In this document: positions 1 to 10,516 of the stretch, piece after piece
How the letters are laid out: the number at the start of each line of letters is the position of its first letter
Position numbering within the stretch: the stretch's first letter is position 1
Assembly: GCA_021806925.1 (NCBI GenBank)
Contig: JAKAPS010000004.1
Coordinates: forward strand, 1,586 to 65,585
DNA length: 64,000 nt
Direction of reading: 5' to 3'
Source: a bacterium
Lineage (GTDB): Bacteria; Patescibacteriota; Dojkabacteria; JAKAPS01
Translations under genes and position numbers: made by a program
The notes under the pieces: generated by a model
What the model saw: only the letters and a program-made list of their open reading frames with translations
Told to the model about the DNA's origin: nothing
Database searches by the model: none

Positions 1-846
1 GCATTCCTTCCAGTTGCAGAAATTATTAAAAATAGTAATGATTTGACTCTAACAGCAGTAGCACTGCTATATGCTGGAGAAGATGATGCAGAAGAAATTG
101 CCGATGCACTTACTAAAAGGATGGAAGAACAGAAGCAAAAGGGACAAGTAAATAATACAGAAACTAAATTAGTGATAGGAGATAGTAGATTAGTGGAAAA
201 TAATTCTAAAACTTTAGAATATACTCCTTTTTCAGACATATTGAGTAAACATCCAAACTCTATTGGTGTGATAGGCGATCCACTTATACTTGGAAATGGT
301 AAAGAGCCTCTATTCTTTCAAGTAAAAGCTGTTATTCTTGAAAATGGTAAAGTAGAAGTGTTGAAAAAGCCAATTTTAGCAAGGAAACCATCAGCAGGTG
401 TTGGATTAAGTGATGGTAGGGCAATTTCAATGGTTGGGGAATTACGTATGGCAACTGGATTAACAGGTGCAGAACAAATAATTGCTGGAAGTAATGATAA
501 CGAATTATCGTTGCCTTATTTAGCAATGACTGAAGCAAGTCAAGAATATGGTGTTAAAATTAATAAAGAGGATCTTACTCACGTTGCTGTATACCCAGCA
601 GGAAGTGAAACTACTGAAATAATCGATCTTTTCTCCTGTGAAATAGATCCAAGTAGCTATAGCGGAAAGGTTCATGGAACAGATTCAGATGAGAGAACAT
701 TAACACATTCTAGAGACATTAATTTACGTGAAGCATTTGGAACTCCCTATGATGCAAAAACAATGACCTTAACTCAATTATTTAGACTTGGAGTGATTAA
801 GATATTACACAAAGACCAAGAAAGAATAAATGCTACACAAAATTGA
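1..846 (+). CDS. Protein with C-terminal degenerate Nudix-hydrolase-like domain (5' truncated by window edge)
   Basis: Frame is open from base 1. AGSNDNELSLPYLAMTEASQEYGV aligns to the Nudix box; YPAGSETTEIIDLF, DE and DAKT segments resemble ADP-ribose pyrophosphatases. Confidence 0.6.
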   Translation, partial: AFLPVAEIIKNSNDLTLTAVALLYAGEDDAEEIADALTKRMEEQKQKGQVNNTETKLVIGDSRLVENNSKTLEYTPFSDILSKHPNSIGVIGDPLILGNGKEPLFFQVKAVILENGKVEVLKKPILARKPSAGVGLSDGRAISMVGELRMATGLTGAEQIIAGSNDNELSLPYLAMTEASQEYGVKINKEDLTHVAVYPAGSETTEIIDLFSCEIDPSSYSGKVHGTDSDERTLTHSRDINLREAFGTPYDAKTMTLTQLFRLGVIKILHKDQERINATQN

Positions 847-858
847 TATAAGTAGGGA

Positions 859-889
859 TTCAATCTAATCAACATGATTGAAGATTGAA
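859..889 (+). terminator. Hairpin after first ORF
   Basis: TTCAATCT-AATCA...TGATT-..AGATTGAA inverted repeat. Confidence 0.4.
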
Positions 890-929
890 GTATTGACATT
901 AACACACAAATAGTGTACATAGTAAAGAT

Positions 930-1571
930 ATGTCTAGTCATAATAGTTTTGATGAGAAACCCAATGAAACAACTCCATTTAATTTGTTTGCAGGAGGCAT
1001 GTTATGTTATATCTGCCATCCGTCAGTATCTTTTGATGGTGACCACAACAACTATTGTTATGTGCTTCCCATTATAAATGGGTGTATTGATGAAAGAACT
1101 AAGTCTCAACTTAATAAAATTAATGATGGATTTCTTAATTACAAAGAATTATCAACAGAGGATATAATAATGTTGTATGTAGGTCTAGAAAAAACAATAA
1201 CAGATGCAATAAAAAGACACTTACGTTTTGATCCTGAGCGACATACTGCTGTAAGAAAATATTTAATCAAAGAAATGAAAACTTATTTTATGGAAAAATA
1301 TTCCAAAAAAATATTACAAGAATATAATACTTATTTCTCATCAGACGAAACATATACTAGAATACTTGAAGAAGAATACTTATATTATGCAGCTACGTTC
1401 AATAAATTCAAGCTCAATTTAACTAATAAATTAAAAAGGGTAGGAGAAAGAATAAGAGAGTACTATGATTTTGCTTCTCTACCATTTTCTATAGCATTAA
1501 CATTATTTCAAGATATAATGAAAGAGATTAATACATCAAAAAAAGAGAAAACACCCTCTACAAGCTATTAA
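930..1571 (+). CDS. Hypothetical protein
   Basis: 213-aa ORF with TTGACA shortly upstream; no motif recognised. Confidence 0.6.
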   Translation: MSSHNSFDEKPNETTPFNLFAGGMLCYICHPSVSFDGDHNNYCYVLPIINGCIDERTKSQLNKINDGFLNYKELSTEDIIMLYVGLEKTITDAIKRHLRFDPERHTAVRKYLIKEMKTYFMEKYSKKILQEYNTYFSSDETYTRILEEEYLYYAATFNKFKLNLTNKLKRVGERIREYYDFASLPFSIALTLFQDIMKEINTSKKEKTPSTSY

Positions 1572-3834
1572 TCGTCTTAATAACGCTATAATCCTTAGTA
1601 TTTAATCCATATTGTATCAATAACTCAGTTAATGACCTGCTCATACCAAGGTTCTGATAAAATAATTTTCCAACTGTATAATCATTATTTACAACAAATA
1701 TGTTTTTACCCATTGTTAAGTAGCTAGTCTCCTTAGTTGTATCACTTGAATATAGTTGTGCTGCATATAGGTATATTTGAGGATCTGCATATTTATATCT
1801 TTTCAATATATCATTCATATCACCCTCTGCCTTGTTCGTCTGACCTTGGAAATACAATATCTGATTATTACTCAGCCTTATATACAAACTCTGACTATCT
1901 AATTTCATAGCACTGGCGTTATAGCTAACAAGCTGACTCATTGATAGCGGGGGAGTAGAATTTGTACCTTGACTTGAACTACTCAAACCTACTTGAACTA
2001 GGAAGTATGGGTAATATGCATCTATAGGATTAAATCTTATCAAACTCTCAATTGATTGAACCTGAGGAGCAATTGATGCTGTCTGTGATTGATTAACTAA
2101 ACTATTTAGTATTCCTTGGAACATTTGATATCCGACAAAGAAATATATTGATAAAATAAGGGATAGAAGGGAAATTACACTTACACTGTATGAAAAGACA
2201 TTTCCAGAATTATTAAAGAACCTGTCAATATTTAATATCCTTACTCCAATTGCTAATATAACAAAGAAGAGGAATGTCAACTCAATTACGTGCATTACTG
2301 GATAAAATAACATAAAGAGAATAAATACAAACAATACTAACCCAACCTCAAAGGATTGAGTTGATCTTGTATCCTTTGTAGTAAGCAAATTTAATGACAT
2401 TCTGAATGCCTTGTATATAAAGAATAGAAAGATTAGTCCACCAATAATACCAGTAGCACTAAACATCCATATAAACTCACTTCCAGTTGTTGTAAATACC
2501 TGCCATGGTGCTAATTCAAATGCCTGTGAAACACTCTTAAAGTTCCCAAGCCCTATACCTGTAAATATATATGATTTAAATACATTTAGAGCTTGAATAT
2601 AGTTGGATTCCATTAGAGCCATTGAAAAGTTCCTTTCATCCAGAAATATTGGGTTATATGCAACAGTAAAAGAGTGATTAGTTAGAATATATGAAAGTAT
2701 AATAGTAATAACTGCAAAACCAATCAAATATACTCTATTCTCAACCCATTTGAATCTATTTTCAACTACATCCTTCCAAAGTAGTAGTGACAACTCTATT
2801 CCAAATACAACATATGCAAATTTTGAATATGTTATATATATCCCAATAGATATTATTATGCTTGAAATTAAAAACACTAGTTTTCTCTTTCCCCTTATAC
2901 TGAATATAGATTGGAGAGAGAATGGGAATACAATTAAACCAAACAAAGCCTGAAATATATTAAGATTTAAAAATGGATACATTAAATAATTTGATGGAAT
3001 CAAATAATTTTTAGTTTTTAAGAAATTATATAAACTTAAAAACACTGTTTTCTGTGTAAAAACATTATTTGCAAATGATATCTGAAGATATGACAATATT
3101 ACATATATAAAGATGATGCCTGATACGACGCTAAGTGCATTGAAAAATGTCCTTCTTGATTTTCTCCCATGAAAAAAATCATATGAAAGAATAAAGAATA
3201 GACCATAACTAATTAATTCTATTGTGAAAAGAATTGAGTTATATTTATAAACTGAAAATATATCAGATACCAAAACAAAAAACATGAATGCAAAAAATAC
3301 ATATAAAAATGATTTTGATATATATAAATTTCCCCTTAAATTTCTCAAGAAGAAGAAACCGGAAGCTAATAATGCAACAGTAAATACCTTTGGTTCAGTT
3401 AGGCTGATTCCTCCAAAAAATGATAACGCAACTAGTGAAACAAAAAACAATGCAAAGTATATTTTCTCTATTGTAGTAAAAAAAACAAGAAATTTTCTTT
3501 TTGGCTTATCTTCATAACTTTGATATTCCTCTTTATCACTGACACTATCTTTTTTATCAATCTCAACTACTGTTATACTTTCTTCCTCAATAATGACAGG
3601 TTCTTGGATAATCAATTCCTCATTTTTTTTATCTGTATTATGTTTTGTGTTTTTCATATTCCCATGACCTTTTGTTTTATCACTAGCCAAAGCACTCTTT
3701 GTAGACTTCATTGTTTCCTTCTTTACTTTATCGCTTTGTATAGTACCCTTTGTATTCTCTTTTAAGATATTTTTGAGGTTATTCGTGCTTTTCTTTGATG
3801 TTTTTTTAGATTTATTTTCTTTCACTAAAGACAA
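1558..3834 (-). CDS. O-antigen ligase/Wzy_C-family membrane protein with C-terminal TPR-like region
   Basis: Many TM segments, TYSKFAY and FTGIGLGNF motifs, helical C-terminus; charged N-terminal tail; start uncertain. Confidence 0.75.
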   Translation of the reverse strand: MSLVKENKSKKTSKKSTNNLKNILKENTKGTIQSDKVKKETMKSTKSALASDKTKGHGNMKNTKHNTDKKNEELIIQEPVIIEEESITVVEIDKKDSVSDKEEYQSYEDKPKRKFLVFFTTIEKIYFALFFVSLVALSFFGGISLTEPKVFTVALLASGFFFLRNLRGNLYISKSFLYVFFAFMFFVLVSDIFSVYKYNSILFTIELISYGLFFILSYDFFHGRKSRRTFFNALSVVSGIIFIYVILSYLQISFANNVFTQKTVFLSLYNFLKTKNYLIPSNYLMYPFLNLNIFQALFGLIVFPFSLQSIFSIRGKRKLVFLISSIIISIGIYITYSKFAYVVFGIELSLLLWKDVVENRFKWVENRVYLIGFAVITIILSYILTNHSFTVAYNPIFLDERNFSMALMESNYIQALNVFKSYIFTGIGLGNFKSVSQAFELAPWQVFTTTGSEFIWMFSATGIIGGLIFLFFIYKAFRMSLNLLTTKDTRSTQSFEVGLVLFVFILFMLFYPVMHVIELTFLFFVILAIGVRILNIDRFFNNSGNVFSYSVSVISLLSLILSIYFFVGYQMFQGILNSLVNQSQTASIAPQVQSIESLIRFNPIDAYYPYFLVQVGLSSSSQGTNSTPPLSMSQLVSYNASAMKLDSQSLYIRLSNNQILYFQGQTNKAEGDMNDILKRYKYADPQIYLYAAQLYSSDTTKETSYLTMGKNIFVVNNDYTVGKLFYQNLGMSRSLTELLIQYGLNTKDYSVIKTINSL

Positions 3835-3861
3835 TGATATATAAATATTATTAAGAATGCA

Positions 3862-4016
3862 ACAGGATTCAAGAAATGTTAACTATCACAATATAAATTG
3901 TTGATATGGATACCGAGAAAAATGTATAAAAATAAACTTCCCACGACCTTACGGTCGGGGTTTTAAGTTCGGAATTTATAAAATTAAGGCACATTTCTTT
4001 AATATGTATTACCTGT
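3862..4016. ncRNA. Putative rod-shaped structured RNA (6S-like candidate)
   Basis: Nested complementary segments around GC hairpin CCCACGACC-TTAC-GGTCGGGG. Confidence 0.35.
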
Positions 4017-4162
4017 AAAATATTGTTTCAATATATATATTAAATACAAGAGATATCCTATACAACAAAATCGTATACACTCTTTACTGGACTATACGAT
4101 TTGTTGGATTATTGCATCGTACTTTTGAAACAAGTATATTATTTAAGTCTCGTTTATGTTTA

Positions 4163-5173
4163 TTACACTTCCTGCAATGGATGGAAGTGCTTATGAGCTT
4201 CATATGCAATCTTATCTGATGTGTGAAGGTATCTGTTTGTAGTTTGAAGCGATTCATGTCCTAACAGAATTTGAATAGCTCCAACATTTGCACCATTTTC
4301 TGCCAGGTAGGTTGCAAATCCATGCCTTAGAGAGTGAGCTGATGTAGGAACGATTATTCCAAGTAACCTTCTATATGTAGCAATTCTTTCTTGCAGGTAA
4401 TTAGGTGATATTCTTTCTGATAATCTGTGATTCCGTCCTCCTCTTGTGGAAAGAAATAGTGCCTTACGTGAATCATCTCCTCTTAATTTTAGGTATTCTA
4501 AAATATAGTGGGTTGCTCTTTCTGTAAGGTATACAAATCTTTGTTTTTTACCTTTACCCATTATATATATTTTACCAGTATCATCTATATTTTCTCTGTT
4601 TATACGTATTAATTCAGATATTCTCATGCCAGTTGAAAAAAGGACTTCAAGCATTGCTCTGTTTCTTGATGCAACATATGGATTCTTCTCAAATGTACTT
4701 GGGTATTCAATTAATTTTATTAGAGTATCAAGCTCTGCAACTTGTGCTTCCTTTCTCTCCATCTTAATCAACTTTATACTGCTTGATGATATAGGGCTTG
4801 AGAAATCAAAATCGGATAAGAATTTAAAATATGATCGTAATGCACTAAGCATTCTGTTTACACTTCTTGATGCAAGTTTTTCACCGTAATCCTTTTTTTT
4901 ATGCTCACAAAATTCCTTATATTCCTCAATATATTCAGTTTCATGAGCTTTAAAAAATTCGCTTATCTTACCCAAATACAATCCGTCCCTAAGAAATCCT
5001 TTATACATTGTTATTGTCAGTTTTGTTATACCATTAAATTCAATATGATTTAAAAGCAAATACATTTCAAAAACAAATAGATCTCTCCTATAATTGTATA
5101 TAGTTTCCCTTGAGTAATTTTGATTTAATAACTCTATCAAGAACTCTTCTTTTTTATCTAATACTGTATTCAT
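4163..5173 (-). CDS. XerC/XerD-family tyrosine recombinase
   Basis: TGMRISE, GKGKKQR, HSLRHGFAT, LLGH and catalytic Y in TTNRY. Confidence 0.92.
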   Translation of the reverse strand: MNTVLDKKEEFLIELLNQNYSRETIYNYRRDLFVFEMYLLLNHIEFNGITKLTITMYKGFLRDGLYLGKISEFFKAHETEYIEEYKEFCEHKKKDYGEKLASRSVNRMLSALRSYFKFLSDFDFSSPISSSSIKLIKMERKEAQVAELDTLIKLIEYPSTFEKNPYVASRNRAMLEVLFSTGMRISELIRINRENIDDTGKIYIMGKGKKQRFVYLTERATHYILEYLKLRGDDSRKALFLSTRGGRNHRLSERISPNYLQERIATYRRLLGIIVPTSAHSLRHGFATYLAENGANVGAIQILLGHESLQTTNRYLHTSDKIAYEAHKHFHPLQEV

Positions 5174-5245
5174 AATGTTTATTTATACATTTATATATAA
5201 AAAAAATACAATTACTCTTCAGAATCAGATTGAATAAAGTTTTAT

Positions 5246-6493
5246 TCAATCTAACTTCTTTATATATTCATCATCAAACAAATATAAACCTAATAAGAAG
5301 AATATAAATCCGTTAACAGGAAATATTTCAAAATAGGGGAGTCCTATTGAACCTATTAGAAATAAAATTATTAAGATTATGAGTTCAATATTTCTCCTGT
5401 TATTAAATATACTGGATATAAAAGAGTAGATGAATAATATAAATCCGATGATGCCAAAGCTATAAAATAACTGAACATAAGTGTCTTCTGAAAATGTAAG
5501 TTTATTTCCAAAAAAGAACTTTAATACTTTGGTTAATAAACTACTTCCAGTTTTAACAATTGTAGGATTTGTGAAATGTTTAATAGCACTTGGAAATTTA
5601 TTAACAATTTCTTTTGTATAAAGGCCCTTATCAAAAAGAATAACTAATATGGAGAGTATATAGAAAAATAGTATTACATACCCGTATCTATTTTTTATAT
5701 AAATTAAATAAAGACCATATAAAAACAGCAATATAAACGCTGTGAAAGAAAATGTTAATCCAATATATATTATCGATAAAATTATGAATATATAAGAATA
5801 TAGCTGTTTACTCCTTTCACTAAAGAACTTCATATTACTTAACACATCAATATTGAATATGAAATATACTACACCTAAAAATGTAAAATAAGCACTTCCA
5901 TTAGGGTCATCCCATAATCCTCCAAATCTTACTGAACCTCCACTATATGCAAGAGCAGGTAATCTATGTACCGTGAAGAATAATATTAGTTGAATAATAT
6001 CACTTGATACATTAATTAATAAAAACATGGAAAATAAATAAAATATTATATATTTAACATTTCTAAAATTACTAAAAAATATAGGTAATAAGAGTAGGGG
6101 AGTGAAAAATACGAACTTTATAATAAAATCAACACTGGAGTTCCTTATTAGCATATGCAAACTTGATAGATGAAAAACAACTGCAGATATAAGAATATAA
6201 ACAATAAAAAAAATGTACCATTTTATCTTTCCATATATTTTCTTAATATCTATTTTTTTTAATAACTCATTCTTGTGTATTATATAAATAAGTACAAGAT
6301 AAAAAATAAAGAATAATACATATTTAAATATTTGTATTGATAGCGGTGTATTATGATAAGTAGGTGATGTAAGTGTTGAATTTATCTTAAAAGGATATCT
6401 GTAAAAATAGAACAAGTACATAAAGATAAGCATAACTAAAGAAACAAGTTCATATATACTTATTCGTAGTTTATTTATCAAAGAGTCTATCAT
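5246..6493 (-). CDS. Polytopic membrane protein, probable Wzy-type polysaccharide polymerase
   Basis: About 11 TMs, RFGGLWDDPN motif, glycan cluster context. Confidence 0.6.
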   Translation of the reverse strand: MIDSLINKLRISIYELVSLVMLIFMYLFYFYRYPFKINSTLTSPTYHNTPLSIQIFKYVLFFIFYLVLIYIIHKNELLKKIDIKKIYGKIKWYIFFIVYILISAVVFHLSSLHMLIRNSSVDFIIKFVFFTPLLLLPIFFSNFRNVKYIIFYLFSMFLLINVSSDIIQLILFFTVHRLPALAYSGGSVRFGGLWDDPNGSAYFTFLGVVYFIFNIDVLSNMKFFSERSKQLYSYIFIILSIIYIGLTFSFTAFILLFLYGLYLIYIKNRYGYVILFFYILSILVILFDKGLYTKEIVNKFPSAIKHFTNPTIVKTGSSLLTKVLKFFFGNKLTFSEDTYVQLFYSFGIIGFILFIYSFISSIFNNRRNIELIILIILFLIGSIGLPYFEIFPVNGFIFFLLGLYLFDDEYIKKLD

Positions 6494-6641
6494 ATAAAAA
6501 TTATACTATAATTTAATACTATTTAATATTTAAAATGAAGCACATTAAAATATATCTCACATGTCTACAAAACAACTGTATATATAAATAAGAAATCAAA
6601 GATTGACTGAAGAGTGTATAATGTTGAGTAATTAAGTAAAC

Positions 6642-7115
6642 ATGTTTATAGAACTTTTTTTAATAATTACCCTTTCTATAGGTATTGTACTTTTTATTCT
6701 TACATTACTGTTACATTTAATTATCGTGAAAATATTTAAAAGAAATAGTCTTTTACTTGTGCGTTTAATACTAGTCCTTCTTATTTTGCAATTTCTACTC
6801 GGTATGGCTGCAAATCTATTTCAAACAATTCCATATATAAAACCATGGCTTGTATTTCATGATTTTGGATACATATTGTTTCATACAATCAATGCCACAT
6901 TACTAATTATTCTATCAATAATGTATCTTATACAAGTGAGAAAAGAAAAGACACAAAGATTTCATGGAATCATAGGGCTTACTGGTATTGTAATTGCATA
7001 TATAGGTGGAGTTATATTTGTTGATTTTGGACAGAATAATATATTTTCATTTATTATGGCAGTAGGATTTATAGTTAGCACATTTGTATATTCATACCAA
7101 TCTTTTAATAATTAA
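6642..7115 (+). CDS. Hypothetical membrane protein
   Basis: About 5 hydrophobic segments. Confidence 0.6.
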   Translation: MFIELFLIITLSIGIVLFILTLLLHLIIVKIFKRNSLLLVRLILVLLILQFLLGMAANLFQTIPYIKPWLVFHDFGYILFHTINATLLIILSIMYLIQVRKEKTQRFHGIIGLTGIVIAYIGGVIFVDFGQNNIFSFIMAVGFIVSTFVYSYQSFNN

Positions 7116-7190
7116 TGTATCCCACAAATCCTAACATCAATATATATTAACTCTACGCTCTTTAGATAATACCCGACCCACTCTTTGGTT

Positions 7191-7511
7191 TTACCCTACA
7201 AGCGCATCATCAATCACTTCTTTATAATCATCTTTTCTGTGTAATCCAATAAGTTCCTTGAAAAGTTTTCCATTCTTAAATACTTTAACATTAGGAATAC
7301 TTTGAATATTGAACATCATTGATGTTTGTGGATTCTCATCAACATCCATCTCTGCAAACATAATTTTACCATCTGTATATTCACCTTCTAATTCATTTAA
7401 AATAGGGGATAACATCTTACATGGCATACACCAGACTGCGTTGAAATCCACTAATATCACACTATTTTCCTCAATTGTTTTTGAGAAATCTGTATCTGTT
7501 ATTTTTTTCAT
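7191..7511 (-). CDS. trxA: Thioredoxin
   Basis: VDFNAVWCMPCK active site, IQSIP cis-Pro motif, 106 aa. Confidence 0.93.
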   Translation of the reverse strand: MKKITDTDFSKTIEENSVILVDFNAVWCMPCKMLSPILNELEGEYTDGKIMFAEMDVDENPQTSMMFNIQSIPNVKVFKNGKLFKELIGLHRKDDYKEVIDDALVG

Positions 7512-7544
7512 TTTCTTTTTCTATATATATAACGGATAAATTAA

Positions 7545-7763
7545 TCAAATCCGTTTAAGAAGAATCTGTATTTTCTCTGACATATCTTTGGTTGTCTTGC
7601 AATTAGAAATAGAATATTTAACATATTCATTACTGAATGATGAGATAGCTCTTTGCAGTGCAACTACTTGTTGCATTACATCTTCGCAGTTTCTTCCATC
7701 ATCAATCATCTTCATAATTCCATTGACCTGCCCTGATATCTTCTTTAATCTGCCCTTAAGCAT
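7545..7763 (-). CDS. CsoR/RcnR-family transcriptional repressor
   Basis: RLKKISGQVNGIMKMIDDGRNCEDVMQQ family signature. Confidence 0.9.
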   Translation of the reverse strand: MLKGRLKKISGQVNGIMKMIDDGRNCEDVMQQVVALQRAISSFSNEYVKYSISNCKTTKDMSEKIQILLKRI

Positions 7764-7803
7764 ACTATACTGGAGTATAGTACAGTCGTTTAGGGAAAGT
7801 CAA
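7763..7803 (-). promoter_or_regulatory. Promoter and palindromic operator of csoR-like/trxA operon
   Basis: TTGACT-N18-TATACT overlapped by perfect inverted repeat TACTATACT-gg-AGTATAGTA (7763-7782). Confidence 0.75.
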
Positions 7804-7829
7804 TATGCAAAAATTAAAAAATTAATTTT

Positions 7830-8747
7830 CTACACTATATTACCCTTATGTTTTCTTAAAAAAAGGTAAAGTCCTATAAAAGACCCCCTAAAAACTTTCA
7901 TTCTGTATTCTAAAGGAACTCCACTATTTGCTTTCAAAGCACCAAATAAATTTCTAAATGGATACATGACATACTTAAAAAAGTATATTGTTGGCCTTAT
8001 CTTTACTCCATTTTTTCTAAGCTTCTGAATAAAGTAAAGATAATTTCTACTTTGTAGAATATCTTTAAATATTGAACCTTGCGAACTCTTTCCACCTTCA
8101 TGATATATTTTAATATTTGGATCGATCCATATTTGAAATCCTAATTTTTTCACACTATAGCTCCAGTCCAGATCTTCATAATACATAAAATAGTCTTCTG
8201 GTATTAGTTGTTTTTTGAAAACTAAGCTCTTTGCCATAAAAAAAGTCCCATTAACAATATCCACTTCATAAAGTGAGCCTTCTGGGAAATTATGTATTTG
8301 AGGAAATAACTCAGTCCATGAATTAAAATCAAATGATCCACCCGCAGATTCAAGAGAAGAATCAGTATGCATCATTAAGCCAGAGACACAATCAATACTA
8401 CTATTAGAAGATAAATCTGAAATTGCTTTTAATATATATTTATTGTCAAATGTTACATCACTATTCATAACGCATATATAATCAAATCCATTCTTTAATC
8501 CATATTTAATTCCTATATTATTTCCCGCGGCATATCCGATATTTCCTCCAGAAAATTTATATACAACACTACTACCAAAATTAGTTAATAGCTTTTCCTT
8601 ACAGTGGCTATTTTTTTCATTATCAATAACTATTATGAATATATACTTGTTCTTTAACAATAAGATATTCTTAATAGCTGAAACAATAGTATCCTCAGAT
8701 TTCCAATTCAGAAATACAACTAATGTTTTTTTATTCATTATATCCAA
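7830..8747 (-). CDS. GT2 glycosyltransferase (rhamnosyltransferase-like)
   Basis: NIGYAAGNNIG, MNSD and YFMYYEDLDW motifs. Confidence 0.9.
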   Translation of the reverse strand: MDIMNKKTLVVFLNWKSEDTIVSAIKNILLLKNKYIFIIVIDNEKNSHCKEKLLTNFGSSVVYKFSGGNIGYAAGNNIGIKYGLKNGFDYICVMNSDVTFDNKYILKAISDLSSNSSIDCVSGLMMHTDSSLESAGGSFDFNSWTELFPQIHNFPEGSLYEVDIVNGTFFMAKSLVFKKQLIPEDYFMYYEDLDWSYSVKKLGFQIWIDPNIKIYHEGGKSSQGSIFKDILQSRNYLYFIQKLRKNGVKIRPTIYFFKYVMYPFRNLFGALKANSGVPLEYRMKVFRGSFIGLYLFLRKHKGNIV

Positions 8748-9034
8748 AAACTATTATACATATTTTTATACATAAATGTATTAAAAGATTTTCAATTATA
8801 TAACTATACCTATTTTAATAGGCACATTATCCTAACTGTAAATCACTTCAATTCTCCTGATTTTCTAAACATATAATTAGTGTACTTCATCTGGTTTGTT
8901 GGAATTGAGAGAGCTAACACATATATCAAATTGCATAAAGTCTTTAATGAATCTGAGTGGTAATAAAACTTTCTATTTTAGGATTTATATATTACAGAGA
9001 ATAATATCTATAAATGTAATATAATCATATTGGT

Positions 9035-10516
9035 ATGCCAAATAAAAAGAGATTGATTTTAAGTAACGGAATAATTCAGATTAGTATAAAATCAATATTA
9101 CTTCTAATTGGTCTAGCAAGTACATTTTTAATTACGAAGCATTTTGGATCAAATGGTTTTGGATATTATTCTGTTGCTGTAAATTATATAGCATTTTTTG
9201 CACTTTTTGCTGATTGGGGGGTTAGTACAATTCTGCAACGTGATATTTTAAAGAATGAGGAAAACCATAATCTAAAACATGAATTTATAGCAAATATCAT
9301 ATCTGTCAAATTCATTTTCATAGCTATTACGTATATAGTAAGTTTAATAGCACTATTTTTCATGAGATATAACCAGATAGAAGTAAAGGGTATACTAATA
9401 TTAATAGTTGCCCAATCTATTTCTGGACTCTCCATGATATTTTTTGTTATAAAAGCAAGCTCACTGGATACATATACATATTTCATAGGTGAACTTATAG
9501 GAAGGATATTATCTTTTTTAGTTATATTCATAACCATATCCTATAATCTTCCAATCATATATTTATTTATTGCAATATTGATAAATAATATAGTTATCTT
9601 TATATTCGGATATTTCTCATGTATAAGAGCAAATAAAATATATGCTGCATTTAACAAGAAATTGGTAAAAAAGATCGTTAAGGAATCAATATTTATTGGT
9701 TTTGTTGGTGCTATTGGAACAATATATTTTAAAATTGATGCACTTATTCTCTCTTTAATGAAAAGTGCTACAGAGGTAGGGTTATATTCATTGCCATATA
9801 AAATACTTGAAATACTATTGTTTATTCCAGGAGTATTTATGAGCTATATTGTTCCTCAATTATCAAAAATCTATAGTGAAAATGACACAGAAAAGATAAG
9901 AGTCTTATCAAATCTTGCAATAAAATTAATGTCAATAACTGTCATACCAATACTTGTTGGAACAATTGTAATTGCACCTAAACTTATACCCCTTTTTGGC
10001 AATAATACTTTTACGAATTCTAATATATATATATATTTATTTAAAACACATATAGAGGCAAATTCAGTAATTGCCTTACAGATATTATCTTTTAGTATTC
10101 TTTTTACATTCTTCAATTACTACCTCGGAGGTTTATTTATAATTTATTCAAAATTTAAGGTTATGATGATAAACAACATTATCTCTGCTGTTATAAACAT
10201 AGGATTAAATATATTACTTATTCCTCACTTCACTTTTGTTGCCAGTGCATTCTTAACAGTACTAGGTGAGGGTATATTCACAGTATTGTACTTGCTTGAG
10301 ATAAAACATGTATTAAAACTTGATATAAATATGTTATCAGTACTATACCCAATTCCTGCAGGAGTTATAATGGGAATAGTAACATTTTATCTTTTGAAAC
10401 AAAATGTTATAGTTGATATACTGCTAAGTGGAGTCGTGTATTTTGCATTAATTATTCTATTTAGAATAGTTGATGTAAAAGAGTTAATTATTATGTTCTA
10501 TAAAGAGAATGGATAA
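9035..10516 (+). CDS. Wzx-type polysaccharide flippase
   Basis: 12-14 TMs; FGYYSVA, FADWG, YFKIDALIL and VGLYS motifs. Confidence 0.9.
   Translation: MPNKKRLILSNGIIQISIKSILLLIGLASTFLITKHFGSNGFGYYSVAVNYIAFFALFADWGVSTILQRDILKNEENHNLKHEFIANIISVKFIFIAITYIVSLIALFFMRYNQIEVKGILILIVAQSISGLSMIFFVIKASSLDTYTYFIGELIGRILSFLVIFITISYNLPIIYLFIAILINNIVIFIFGYFSCIRANKIYAAFNKKLVKKIVKESIFIGFVGAIGTIYFKIDALILSLMKSATEVGLYSLPYKILEILLFIPGVFMSYIVPQLSKIYSENDTEKIRVLSNLAIKLMSITVIPILVGTIVIAPKLIPLFGNNTFTNSNIYIYLFKTHIEANSVIALQILSFSILFTFFNYYLGGLFIIYSKFKVMMINNIISAVINIGLNILLIPHFTFVASAFLTVLGEGIFTVLYLLEIKHVLKLDINMLSVLYPIPAGVIMGIVTFYLLKQNVIVDILLSGVVYFALIILFRIVDVKELIIMFYKENG

Noticed and set aside
4019-5173. Integron (IntI plus attC)
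   Set aside because: Recombinase lacks an evident IntI-specific insertion; the hairpin ends in GTTGGAT but is short, single, and not part of a cassette array
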